Shown here piece after piece: positions 7,152-14,825 of a DNA stretch of 32,000 nt. Source of the DNA: Nitratidesulfovibrio vulgaris str. Hildenborough (lineage in GTDB: Bacteria > Desulfobacterota > Desulfovibrionia > Desulfovibrionales > Desulfovibrionaceae); NCBI RefSeq assembly GCF_000195755.1, contig NC_002937.3:1560001-1592000 (forward strand), written 5' to 3'. Positions within the stretch are counted from its first letter, which is position 1; every line of letters starts with the position of its first letter. The notes below the pieces were generated by a model. That model saw only the letters and a program-made list of their open reading frames with translations. It was not told the DNA's origin and did not search any database. The position numbers and the translations under genes were made by a program.

Positions 7152-9950
7152 CTACCCCCCTGTGGCCACCGCATCGCGGAAGCCCATATAGTTGTTCCGG
7201 AGACTGTCGATCACGATGGTCATTACTTCGCGTCTTCGAGTGTCGTTGAAGTCGATGTGGGTGGACGTAATCTGCATGGGCGTGCCGCTTTCGTTGACAA
7301 TGCGCACCTCCATGTCACGGGGACCAGAGGCCTCCACAGGAGCTAGGCGCTTCATCTGTTCAGGGGTGAAGACCCCTTCGCCTCGTTTGAGGATTGCGGG
7401 GATCTCGTCGCTGGCGATACCACCACCATGATAACGCGGAGCATGGGTGTAGAGTCCAGAAGGCACGGCACGGGCAAAGGTGGCTTCCGCTCCGGCAATA
7501 CCCCCGGTGTGGTTGCCGAATCCGAGGATCTTGCCGAAGTCAAAGCCGCCGAATGCGGATGCCAGAGGGCCGGTGATGCTCTGGCGGATCTGGGCTCGTG
7601 CCAGATCTGCGATTACCGAGTCGACGAAGCTGGAGAAGTCCATCTTGCCCTTGGTGACGAAGTTGACCAGGGCGTCCTCCATGGATCTGAATGCTCCGGA
7701 GACCGCAGCCTCCATGCTCTTGGCCACATTCTTGGCCTCATCCGCATAGTCTCGAAGGCCGCGCTTGATGCCGTCGGATCCAGCGCGTGATAGGCGTAAA
7801 CGCTGCTCTTCGTACCACGCATCAAGCAGCTCTTTGTCCTGAACATGCTTGGAGTATGTCGCGAATTCCTGTTGCAGGACTCGTTGCTGCAGATCCGTGC
7901 GCCCTTTGAGTGTAGAGGCCGCTTTGCCGAGGAATTGAACATTGATTTCTTCAATGCGCTGTTGGCTTTTGAGCTCAAGCAATTCTCTGGCCTTCGCTTC
8001 TTCCTCCATGCGCTGCTGCGGGCTGGCCGCTCGCCACTCGTCGCTCTGCTTCCATTTCTCGATTGAGGAGAGCCCCCTTAGCCGCTCCATTTCAACGGCA
8101 TCCAGTCTGTTTCCGCCAATCGATTGCCGGTACACGGAGAGCTCTGCGGAGCGTTCGCGCGCTTGCTCCCCCCATCGTGTGATGGCTCCGTGGTATTGCT
8201 GCGGCGTCATGCCCAGCGAGAACGCCTTTTCAGCCTCTTGGCGCCATACCCGCATCTCCGGCGTCACGCTGCCAATGGTGCGTTGTAGTTTGGCGAAGCG
8301 CTGCTCAAATTGCTCTTGGGCTAAAGCAACGTCATCGCCGGATAGGCGGAGTACCTCTTCGTGCACCTCGCGCATGGCGTCTGACACTTTGTTTTGCTCC
8401 GAAGCATTGCTCCGCGTGATGCTTTTCAGCTTTTCGTTTCGCTCGGCTTCGACAGCCGCGATCTGCTGATTGTAAAGCGTGGCGTTGGCCAGATCTGCAT
8501 CGCGTGCAGCGGAGAGTTTGCGGATGGCCTCTTCTGCTTCGTTATTGATCTTCTTTATCTTTTCAGCTTCAGACTCTTTCATGAACGCAGAATAGGCAGA
8601 CCGGGCCGCACCAGTGATGCGCTCTATGCGGACACTATCTGACGTCTGGTCGGCGAAGGCGCCATCGCGTTGGCGCTGGCCAGCGTTTTTGCGCCACAGG
8701 TATTCATCTATCTGCGCTTGTGAGTAGCCATACTGCCCTTCGCCGATCAGCTCTTTGCCCTTGATGCCCAAGGCCTGCATTTCAGCGATGATGGAGCGGC
8801 GCTGGGCATTCGCTTCCATCGCGTCAGTAGCGTTCTTTAGGGCGCTTGATACGGCTTCGATGCCGCGCACTACGGCATCGGTATCCATGACACTGGCCTT
8901 GAAGCGTTCCCATTCCGTGGATAGGCGGTTGACTGCGGCCACGCTTTCAGACGCTGCGCCGGCGTATTCCGAGCGCAGGACGTTAGCCAGCTTGGGGAGC
9001 AGGTCGTCCGCGAGCACTTGTCCTTGTTCCAGCATCTTATCGAGCTCAGCCGTGGTGACGCCCATTGCCCGTGCCGCAAGGTTGAATGCCCCCGGCAAGC
9101 GTTCGCCGAGTTGGCCTCTAAGCTCCTCTGCCTGAACCTTCCCCTTCGACATCATCTGCGACAGCGCGATGAACACGCCGTTCATGTCGTCTTGCGAGAG
9201 CGCCAAAGCCGCTCCGGCTTGTGAGACAGCTTCAAAGATGCCTCTTGCATCGGCCTCCATACTTGTTCCCTTGGAGGCGGCGAAGAATGATTTGGCGGCA
9301 GCGGCAGTGGTTTGGAACTGCAGCCCGAGCCTGTTGCTTACTTCGTAGATGAACTGGAGCTGCTCTCGGGCGCCAGCGCTGCTGCCGGTGACGGTGGTAT
9401 AGGCACGGTTCAGCCTGTCGGCCTGCATTGCGGCATCGAAGCAGGCCTTAGCTGCTGCACCGGCAGCAAGCCCGATAGCCGCCACGTAGGGTACGGCCGA
9501 CATGGCCGCGCTCCCCAGCATTCGAGCACCACCTGTAACGTCGCCGCTCTTGATGCGGAATGACGCGAGCTCCATCGTGGACATGCCCGCGGCCTTACCA
9601 AGTGAAGAGAAGGCGCGCTCGGCTTCATTGATGGCCTTTTGTTCTAGAACTCGCTGCTGCAGTTGGCGGAGCCCGACCTCGGACAAGCCAGTGATCTTTG
9701 TCAGTGCTCCGAGTTCGGCTCCAAGCTTGGAGAAGTCGGTGCCCACTGCGGACGCTCGTCGCCCGACTTTCGAGAGATTATCCGTTAAGCCAGCAAGTGC
9801 GCTTTCAGCCTGCTTCGGTGAGATGGCACTATTCATGGCGTCAGCGATACCCGCAGCTTCCTGGCGGACAATCACTTTCGCGGCATTCAGATCTTGTTTG
9901 AGCTGTGAGTAGTCGCCGCTGATGACAACGGATACTCCGGGAATGCGCAT
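7152..9950 (-). CDS. Tail tape measure protein
   Basis: About 930 aa, Ala/Gln/Glu-rich helical protein. The C-terminal lambda-type TMP region reads NHTGGIAG...HAPRYHGGGI...PAILKRGEGVFTPEQM. Start chosen at ATG 9948-9950 (MRIPGV) with GGAGG 4 nt upstream. The track start at 9971 is a TTG. Confidence 0.9.
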   Translation of the reverse strand: MRIPGVSVVISGDYSQLKQDLNAAKVIVRQEAAGIADAMNSAISPKQAESALAGLTDNLSKVGRRASAVGTDFSKLGAELGALTKITGLSEVGLRQLQQRVLEQKAINEAERAFSSLGKAAGMSTMELASFRIKSGDVTGGARMLGSAAMSAVPYVAAIGLAAGAAAKACFDAAMQADRLNRAYTTVTGSSAGAREQLQFIYEVSNRLGLQFQTTAAAAKSFFAASKGTSMEADARGIFEAVSQAGAALALSQDDMNGVFIALSQMMSKGKVQAEELRGQLGERLPGAFNLAARAMGVTTAELDKMLEQGQVLADDLLPKLANVLRSEYAGAASESVAAVNRLSTEWERFKASVMDTDAVVRGIEAVSSALKNATDAMEANAQRRSIIAEMQALGIKGKELIGEGQYGYSQAQIDEYLWRKNAGQRQRDGAFADQTSDSVRIERITGAARSAYSAFMKESEAEKIKKINNEAEEAIRKLSAARDADLANATLYNQQIAAVEAERNEKLKSITRSNASEQNKVSDAMREVHEEVLRLSGDDVALAQEQFEQRFAKLQRTIGSVTPEMRVWRQEAEKAFSLGMTPQQYHGAITRWGEQARERSAELSVYRQSIGGNRLDAVEMERLRGLSSIEKWKQSDEWRAASPQQRMEEEAKARELLELKSQQRIEEINVQFLGKAASTLKGRTDLQQRVLQQEFATYSKHVQDKELLDAWYEEQRLRLSRAGSDGIKRGLRDYADEAKNVAKSMEAAVSGAFRSMEDALVNFVTKGKMDFSSFVDSVIADLARAQIRQSITGPLASAFGGFDFGKILGFGNHTGGIAGAEATFARAVPSGLYTHAPRYHGGGIASDEIPAILKRGEGVFTPEQMKRLAPVEASGPRDMEVRIVNESGTPMQITSTHIDFNDTRRREVMTIVIDSLRNNYMGFRDAVATGG

Positions 9951-10074
9951 CGTGCCTCCAACTGGAGGCAATCGCGTAGGGTGTGGGGGATAATGGGTGT
10001 GTCAGGCTCTGTTTGGGGCATCACCGTGTTCCAAGCGAAGTCCCTTCATGAACAAGCCGTCTGGGGAGGCGTTG

Positions 10075-10103
10075 TTGACCGTGTGTATTTCTGTGTGTAT
10101 ATT
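10075..10103 (+). promoter_or_regulatory. Sigma70-type promoter for hicAB
   Basis: TTGACC (10075-10080) - 17 nt - TATATT (10098-10103). AAGGAGG and the hicA ATG follow about 10-20 nt downstream. Confidence 0.6.
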
Positions 10104-10122
10104 CTACGCGTAAGGAGGCTGA

Positions 10123-10305
10123 ATGAAACGTTCAGACATCCTTAGGGCTCTTCAACGCGCAGGCCTCGTGCTTGACGAGGGTGGCAAACACACCAAGGTT
10201 TACACACCTGATGGAAGATTTGTCGCAACCGTTCCTCGCCACAAGGAAATCAAAGATTTTCTTGCCAAGAGGATTGCGGAACAGACTGGCGTGAAGTTGC
10301 TCTAG
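10123..10305 (+). CDS. hicA: HicA-family toxin (mRNA interferase)
   Basis: 60 aa, MKRSDILRALQRAGLVLDEGGKHTKVYTPDGRFVATVPRHKEIK..., the typical YcfA/HicA pattern (GKH.K......vp.H.ei). AAGGAGG RBS. Confidence 0.85.
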   Translation: MKRSDILRALQRAGLVLDEGGKHTKVYTPDGRFVATVPRHKEIKDFLAKRIAEQTGVKLL

Positions 10306-10310
10306 ACCGC

Positions 10311-10330
10311 GGGAGGGGCTCGCCCCTCCC
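10311..10330 (+). promoter_or_regulatory. GC-rich intercistronic hairpin between hicA and hicB
   Basis: GGGAGGGGC (10311-10319) tc GCCCCTCCC (10322-10330), effectively 8 bp plus a 4-nt loop. No U tract follows. Confidence 0.5.
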
Positions 10331-10353
10331 CATTAGCCCAGAGGAGAGATGGT

Positions 10354-10758
10354 ATGCTGTGTTATTTTGCAGCCTTTACGCCGGTCAAAGAGGGCGGTTT
10401 TGCAGTCCACTTCCCAGATATTCCCGAGGCTCTTACCCAGGGCGAAACCTTCCAGGAGTGCCTTGAGAACGCTGAGGATGTACTGTCGGAGGCTATTTCC
10501 GAGTACGCTGCTGCTCGCAAGCCCTTACCGACGCCAAGTACCTTACAGGAGGCGAAGGCCTACGCGGAACGGAATGACGCTGGGGCAGGGGAGTCTTTTC
10601 TGCAGCTTGTCCAAGCTCCCGGAACGGATACGACTCCTGTGCGAATCAATGTCAGTATTCCAAAGTATGTGCTTGAGCGCATAGACCGCAAGGCAAAGGC
10701 GCTCGGCATGAACCGGTCGCGCTTTTTGTCCGAAGCTGCGTTGCGGTGCGCAGTCTGA
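10354..10758 (+). CDS. hicB: HicB-family antitoxin with C-terminal RHH (CopG-like) DNA-binding domain
   Basis: FAVHFPDIPEALTQGETFQECLENAEDVLSE is the HicB N-terminal fold signature. RINVSIPKYVLERIDRKAKALGMNRSRFLSEAA is an RHH motif. GAGGAGAG RBS. Confidence 0.85.
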   Translation: MLCYFAAFTPVKEGGFAVHFPDIPEALTQGETFQECLENAEDVLSEAISEYAAARKPLPTPSTLQEAKAYAERNDAGAGESFLQLVQAPGTDTTPVRINVSIPKYVLERIDRKAKALGMNRSRFLSEAALRCAV

Positions 10759-10770
10759 CACCACCCCACA

Positions 10771-10803
10771 GGGCCGGGATAACCTCCCGGCCCTCTTCGT
10801 TTC
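10771..10803 (+). terminator. Rho-independent terminator after hicB
   Basis: GGGCCGGGA (10771-10779) taacc TCCCGGCCC (10785-10793), followed by tcttcgtttcc. Confidence 0.6.
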
Positions 10804-10833
10804 CACCCACACCCTATTCGATTGCCAATGATC

Positions 10834-11187
10834 TTACGGCTGGACACCGCTTTTCTTGTCGTTCCACTGCTCCATGAGCAGGGGAAACACTTCAGACTCA
10901 AGGCGTAGGCACCGGTCCATGTCGTCCCGAGTGCCGCCGTATGCATCAACGACCTGCGCCACGTCGGTAGCGCGCAGTTTTTGCGGTACCACCCCGCCCA
11001 TACCGACCGACAGCATGGGCCGGTTGAACTCGTGGAGGGTGGCCCAGACCTTCCACGCACACCTATTCTCAAACGCCAGCTCCGGGCGCGGACACTCGGC
11101 ACAGGGTGGGGCCCCGTCCCATGCCTCGGTGCAATCCTCACAGCTAGTGCCCGTGAGTTGCCACCGCGCCCAGTCGATCAGTTTTTT
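10834..11187 (-). CDS. gpT-like extension of the tail assembly chaperone, reached by -1 programmed frameshift (G-T fusion of about 240 aa)
   Basis: The slippery heptamer A_AAA_AAC (11187-11181) lies immediately before the G stop (TGA 11180-11178). The -1 frame opens exactly there (a TGA lies just upstream in that frame). It stays open for 115 codons to TAA 10836-10834 and contains the track ORF 10834-11016. Confidence 0.75.
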   Translation of the reverse strand, partial: KKLIDWARWQLTGTSCEDCTEAWDGAPPCAECPRPELAFENRCAWKVWATLHEFNRPMLSVGMGGVVPQKLRATDVAQVVDAYGGTRDDMDRCLRLESEVFPLLMEQWNDKKSGVQP

Positions 11188-11561
11188 TCAAGAGCCTGTG
11201 CCGCGGCGTCGGTCTGCTCAATGAGCCTGTCCAGCAGGCCGTTGACTAAGCGCGCGAACACGAGGCTTTCACGCATGAGTGTGGCCTTGTTCTCTGCGTT
11301 ACAGGGGATGGCCTTGCCGTGCTCGTCTTCGATGCCGTCCCAATCCATGATCGAGTAGTCCCAGATCAATTCGGACCGGCGAGCTTCGTCCACTTCGACA
11401 TCAACGGAGCGAACACCGCGCTTCCACACTTCGCGCTTGTTGGTCGTAGCGCTGTATATTTCGTCGAGGGCCGCGCCGTTGCACAGGCGTATGGTGAGAC
11501 GGGCGCCATCACCTATGTCGAAGGTCGTACCGGGGTTCAGATTGGAAAGGTTGAATTTCAT
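11178..11561 (-). CDS. Tail assembly chaperone (gpG-like)
   Basis: Positioned between the tail tube and tape measure genes. ATG 11559-11561 (MKFNLSNL) has AGGAGG upstream. It ends in a slippery site. Confidence 0.75.
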   Translation of the reverse strand: MKFNLSNLNPGTTFDIGDGARLTIRLCNGAALDEIYSATTNKREVWKRGVRSVDVEVDEARRSELIWDYSIMDWDGIEDEHGKAIPCNAENKATLMRESLVFARLVNGLLDRLIEQTDAAAQALEKN

Positions 11562-11569
11562 GGAGCCTC

Positions 11570-12733
11570 CTATTTCCATGTCAGGGTGATGGAGTCTTCA
11601 CCTTCGGTGCCGAGGGCTGTGTAGTCGATGGACACATCAAGAGTCGGGGCGTTGGCACTGACCTTGGGCACCTGCAGCTTGCAGCGAGGCATATCGATTT
11701 GGAGCTTCTTCCCTGCCGTGTCCCCGACGATCAGGGAGATTGCCTGTTCACTGCCAGCGATGCCGTCCATGAACTGCGCCATGTCATTCTGGCGGAAGTA
11801 GCTGGAGAGACTGCCGGTCACGCTTCGATTGTTCTCTGCGTAATCGGTGGGGTAGCCGTTTGTGGTGATTTCATCGTCCAGCATCTTCACCTTGTCGTCG
11901 TAGCTCAGCGAAAGCTCCTTGATGCTCTTGGTGATGCCGCCGATGGTGAGGCTGGTCTTACGTGATTCGAGTGGCGCCCCCACGGAGGTTCCTGCAGGGA
12001 GGTATCCTTCGATGATGTCGTCCTGCGTCCATCCTCCGGCCCCGACGCCCGTAGAGAGGGTCAGGGTGTTGGTGATCGTGTTCACTGCCGTTACGGTGTA
12101 TCCATTCACGCCTTTGTCGGCTTTGGTGGCGTTCCAGATCACAGCACCCACGGTGTACTTCTTGGCATCGTAGACCTGCACAGAGGTTGCGTCGGCGGTT
12201 GCAGTCGTCTTGACTGCATCACGCCCGGCCCAGCCCATCTGCATGAAGCTCCCGCCCACTTCGAAAAGAACCGCTCCCTTGTTCTTGGCCGACAGCCGAA
12301 GAGTCTCCGCCACCGCCCCGAGTGCGAAGAACACCGTGTGCCCGCGCTTGGCAAAGAGCGAGAAGGACGGTTTGGACATCGCGGGGCTGTAGACCACTGC
12401 GGATCCTCCGCTGACAGCCTTGCTCCCAAGGAGCGACTCAAACAGTACGTCACCCATGGGGACACTGCCTGCGGTCCCATCAGGGCGGGCGTAAATGGGA
12501 ATCGAGAACGTGCCAGCGAGCATGGCATCCTGGAACTGTGCCAGAACGTCGCGGCTGTTCTTGATCTCTTCCGAGTTGGTGAAGCTCGGGTTTTGGCTCA
12601 AATCGACGTATCCGGCAGGGATGATGAGCGGCGCGGCGGCGGCAGGGAAAGCCATTGCCCCGCGCATTGTCTCTTTGACCGCGAAAACGGTCTGCTGCCG
12701 TGCGGCGCCGATGATGTTGGTGGGAGCAGGCAT
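11570..12733 (-). CDS. Major tail (tube) protein
   Basis: 387 aa, located directly after the tail terminator-like gene and before the chaperones. ATG 12731-12733 (MPAPTNI) with AGGAGG 7 nt upstream. Confidence 0.7.
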   Translation of the reverse strand: MPAPTNIIGAARQQTVFAVKETMRGAMAFPAAAAPLIIPAGYVDLSQNPSFTNSEEIKNSRDVLAQFQDAMLAGTFSIPIYARPDGTAGSVPMGDVLFESLLGSKAVSGGSAVVYSPAMSKPSFSLFAKRGHTVFFALGAVAETLRLSAKNKGAVLFEVGGSFMQMGWAGRDAVKTTATADATSVQVYDAKKYTVGAVIWNATKADKGVNGYTVTAVNTITNTLTLSTGVGAGGWTQDDIIEGYLPAGTSVGAPLESRKTSLTIGGITKSIKELSLSYDDKVKMLDDEITTNGYPTDYAENNRSVTGSLSSYFRQNDMAQFMDGIAGSEQAISLIVGDTAGKKLQIDMPRCKLQVPKVSANAPTLDVSIDYTALGTEGEDSITLTWK

Positions 12734-12744
12734 GATGCATCCTC

Positions 12745-13131
12745 CTAAAGTTTGGCGATCCAAATTTCGTAGGTGATATGGTAGAGCCACAACCCGCCAT
12801 CACGAACGCGGGTCGCGTGTGTTCTCTCCATGCCGAGGTTGTTAGGGGTCCCGACCCCCGGCAAGTCACAGTCGTCATAGAGGGCAATCAGAGCAGAGCG
12901 GATTCTTTCCGCTTCTTCTGCACTGGAACGGTTGCTCACGATGGAGAATTGGACCTCGCAGCGGTCGGCAAACGGTGTGGAGACGTCGCTGACGAGAGTC
13001 ATGACGATGTAGGGCATCGCTGCGCGTTCGGGAGCCTCGGTGTCGTAGAGCCTGCCTTGTACGGATGCCCACAGGGGGGTGTGCGGCATCGCTGCGAACC
13101 GCGCGTAGATGGACTGCATCAGCGCTTGCAT
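12745..13131 (-). CDS. Tail completion/terminator-like protein (DUF3168-like)
   Basis: 128 aa starting MQALMQSIYARF... at ATG 13129-13131. Called from synteny after the HK97 gp10-like gene. The track extension to 13254 is a G/R-rich alternate frame. Confidence 0.6.
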   Translation of the reverse strand: MQALMQSIYARFAAMPHTPLWASVQGRLYDTEAPERAAMPYIVMTLVSDVSTPFADRCEVQFSIVSNRSSAEEAERIRSALIALYDDCDLPGVGTPNNLGMERTHATRVRDGGLWLYHITYEIWIAKL

Positions 13132-13133
13132 GG

Positions 13134-13631
13134 CTATCCTTCCCATCCGAAGGCGTCGGGCATGCCGAAATCGGCATGTGCCCCACCTCCCGCCGCGAAG
13201 CCTGCCATGCGGCGAGCCATGACCTTGGCAAGGGCCGGACGCAGGAACGGGCAAGCCGGCATGGCACGCACTTCCTTGGCGAAGATCAGCCCTCCATCGG
13301 AAGCCCAGACTCCATCGAGGAACATCCGCCCCTGTTTGGTGCTTTTGCGTGGGCCCTGCGTCCCAAACTCGACGAGATGCGCATGGGGTGCCGTAGCAGC
13401 TACGACAAGGACTCTTTCACCGTCGTCACCTCGCTCTCTCTTGATCTTGATGGACTTGCGCAGCGTTCCCGTTTTGTCGGCGAACGCGGACGATGCTCTG
13501 GCCTCGTTCCGTACTTCAGCGGCGATGGCCTCAAGCTGGGCTTCGGCGTATGCGCTGAATTCCCTCCAGTCGATGCTGGCCGGGAGGCTGATATCGACTT
13601 CTGCCCTGATGAACGAGTTGCGCCTACGCAT
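13134..13631 (-). CDS. HK97 gp10-family head-tail joining protein
   Basis: APHAHLVEFGT motif. ATG 13629-13631 overlaps the upstream stop by 8 nt. Confidence 0.75.
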   Translation of the reverse strand: MRRRNSFIRAEVDISLPASIDWREFSAYAEAQLEAIAAEVRNEARASSAFADKTGTLRKSIKIKRERGDDGERVLVVAATAPHAHLVEFGTQGPRKSTKQGRMFLDGVWASDGGLIFAKEVRAMPACPFLRPALAKVMARRMAGFAAGGGAHADFGMPDAFGWEG

Positions 13632-13950
13632 CGATGGACCTCTCAACGCACATGAGGTGCAGGTCCTGCCTCCGTTCGTTGGGGCACAGCACTGCATCGA
13701 TTTGAAAGATCCTTGTTCCGACCTGGATTCGCATGTCGGGCGTTATTCCTTCCCGGAATCGGATTCGCACGCGGTGTGAGACATCACTTTGGGCCTGCTT
13801 GGCGGCCATGTAGGCTTTGCCTGTTAACGGCTGCACCTCTGCCCAAAGGGTGTCCACGTCGACCCACGAATCGGAACCGCCTCCCATGCCGTCAGGGGTG
13901 CGAACCATCCTCTGCAAGGTAATCCTATGGCGAAGCGAACCGGCTCCCAT
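13624..13950 (-). CDS. Head-tail adaptor / head closure protein (SPP1 gp16 / HK97 gp9-like)
   Basis: LRHRITLQ...DG.GG....W..V.TLWAEV.PLTG pattern, 108 aa. Supported by synteny. Confidence 0.75.
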   Translation of the reverse strand: MGAGSLRHRITLQRMVRTPDGMGGGSDSWVDVDTLWAEVQPLTGKAYMAAKQAQSDVSHRVRIRFREGITPDMRIQVGTRIFQIDAVLCPNERRQDLHLMCVERSIDA

Positions 13951-14507
13951 CAGATGCCCCCAGGAATGATGAAAGGGTCGAGCAGGGCGTCTACGAATGT
14001 CCGAGGCATCTCGCCGATGACATGTCCCACGGCATAGGCTTCACGCTGTTCGTACATGGTTCCGATGCGCACGAGCATCCATTGCGTGATGGGGGCGGGG
14101 ACTTCCGGCCAACCAGCCTTGACCGTCATGCAGACATTCCCCCGTGGGAAGTCGGAACCCGGCGTCACGGTTGCCAGCATCGGCCTCTCGTTCACGGAAA
14201 CCCCTGAAGGGGTGAAGGTGTAACGCGAGGTGTCGACCCTGTTGCCCTCGACGCGTACCTCCGTGAGTTCAGTGCAGGGGGACAAGGGGAATGTGTACGG
14301 CCCGGTAATCCCGCCATCCACGACGACATCCCACAGTGATTCGCAGACAACACGGCCGATGAGGCCTTCGGCTTGCTGGCGTGCGGCGCTGATGAGTCCC
14401 ATCAAAAGCGCGTCATCTTGCGAGCCATCGACACGGCAATGCGTTTTGACGTGCTCTAGTGTGACTGGCTCTGCTGTGGCTGGTCTGATGCAGCGGATGG
14501 AGATCAT
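13950..14507 (-). CDS. Head-tail connector protein (gp6-like, DNA-packaging QLRG-type)
   Basis: The N-terminal ...VTLEHVKTHCRVDGSQDDALLMGLISAARQQAE pattern is typical of gp6-like connectors. Supported by synteny. Confidence 0.7.
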   Translation of the reverse strand: MISIRCIRPATAEPVTLEHVKTHCRVDGSQDDALLMGLISAARQQAEGLIGRVVCESLWDVVVDGGITGPYTFPLSPCTELTEVRVEGNRVDTSRYTFTPSGVSVNERPMLATVTPGSDFPRGNVCMTVKAGWPEVPAPITQWMLVRIGTMYEQREAYAVGHVIGEMPRTFVDALLDPFIIPGGI

Positions 14508-14510
14508 GGG

Positions 14511-14780
14511 CTAGGCCTCGGCCTTCTCTGGAGGCATCCCTATGCAAATGGGCTCAGGGATATCCTCCTCGAATACGTCCTTTTCGCGAGCTTCCGTGTC
14601 CGCAGCGCCATCACGCGCCAGTACCTCAATGATGTTGGCCGGGCCCACGAAGAACTGTCCTGACCGCACAGGATAGCCAAATTCGTGCAGGTCGATGAGA
14701 GCTCGGGCTTTGGTCAGTTCTTGTGAAGCCTCTGGGGCCTGCTGCTGTGCAGTGGAGGCGGGGTCGTTTTTCTTCGACAT
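14511..14780 (-). CDS. Small acidic phage head-module protein, function unknown
   Basis: 89 aa. AGGAGA RBS after the capsid-gene hairpin. Tightly packed with the neighbouring genes. Confidence 0.55.
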   Translation of the reverse strand: MSKKNDPASTAQQQAPEASQELTKARALIDLHEFGYPVRSGQFFVGPANIIEVLARDGAADTEAREKDVFEEDIPEPICIGMPPEKAEA

Positions 14781-14797
14781 GGCGATCTCCTGTGGCA

Positions 14798-14818
14798 GGG
14801 GCGGGGTGAACCCGCCCC
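14798..14818 (-). promoter_or_regulatory. Stem-loop immediately after the major capsid gene (mRNA stabiliser/attenuator type)
   Basis: GGGGCGGG (14798-14805) gtgaa CCCGCCCC (14811-14818). No U tract follows. Confidence 0.5.
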
Positions 14819-14825
14819 TTGGTGG

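Noticed and set aside
10560-11141. 193-aa - strand ORF spanning the hicB 3' end and the chaperone extension
   Set aside because: It is in a different frame from the -1 frameshift extension, which connects precisely to the slippery site. It also runs antisense through hicB and its terminator.
12778-13779. 333-aa + strand ORF across the head-tail joining genes
   Set aside because: It is antisense to three tightly coupled - strand genes that carry recognisable family motifs. It is a high-GC shadow ORF.
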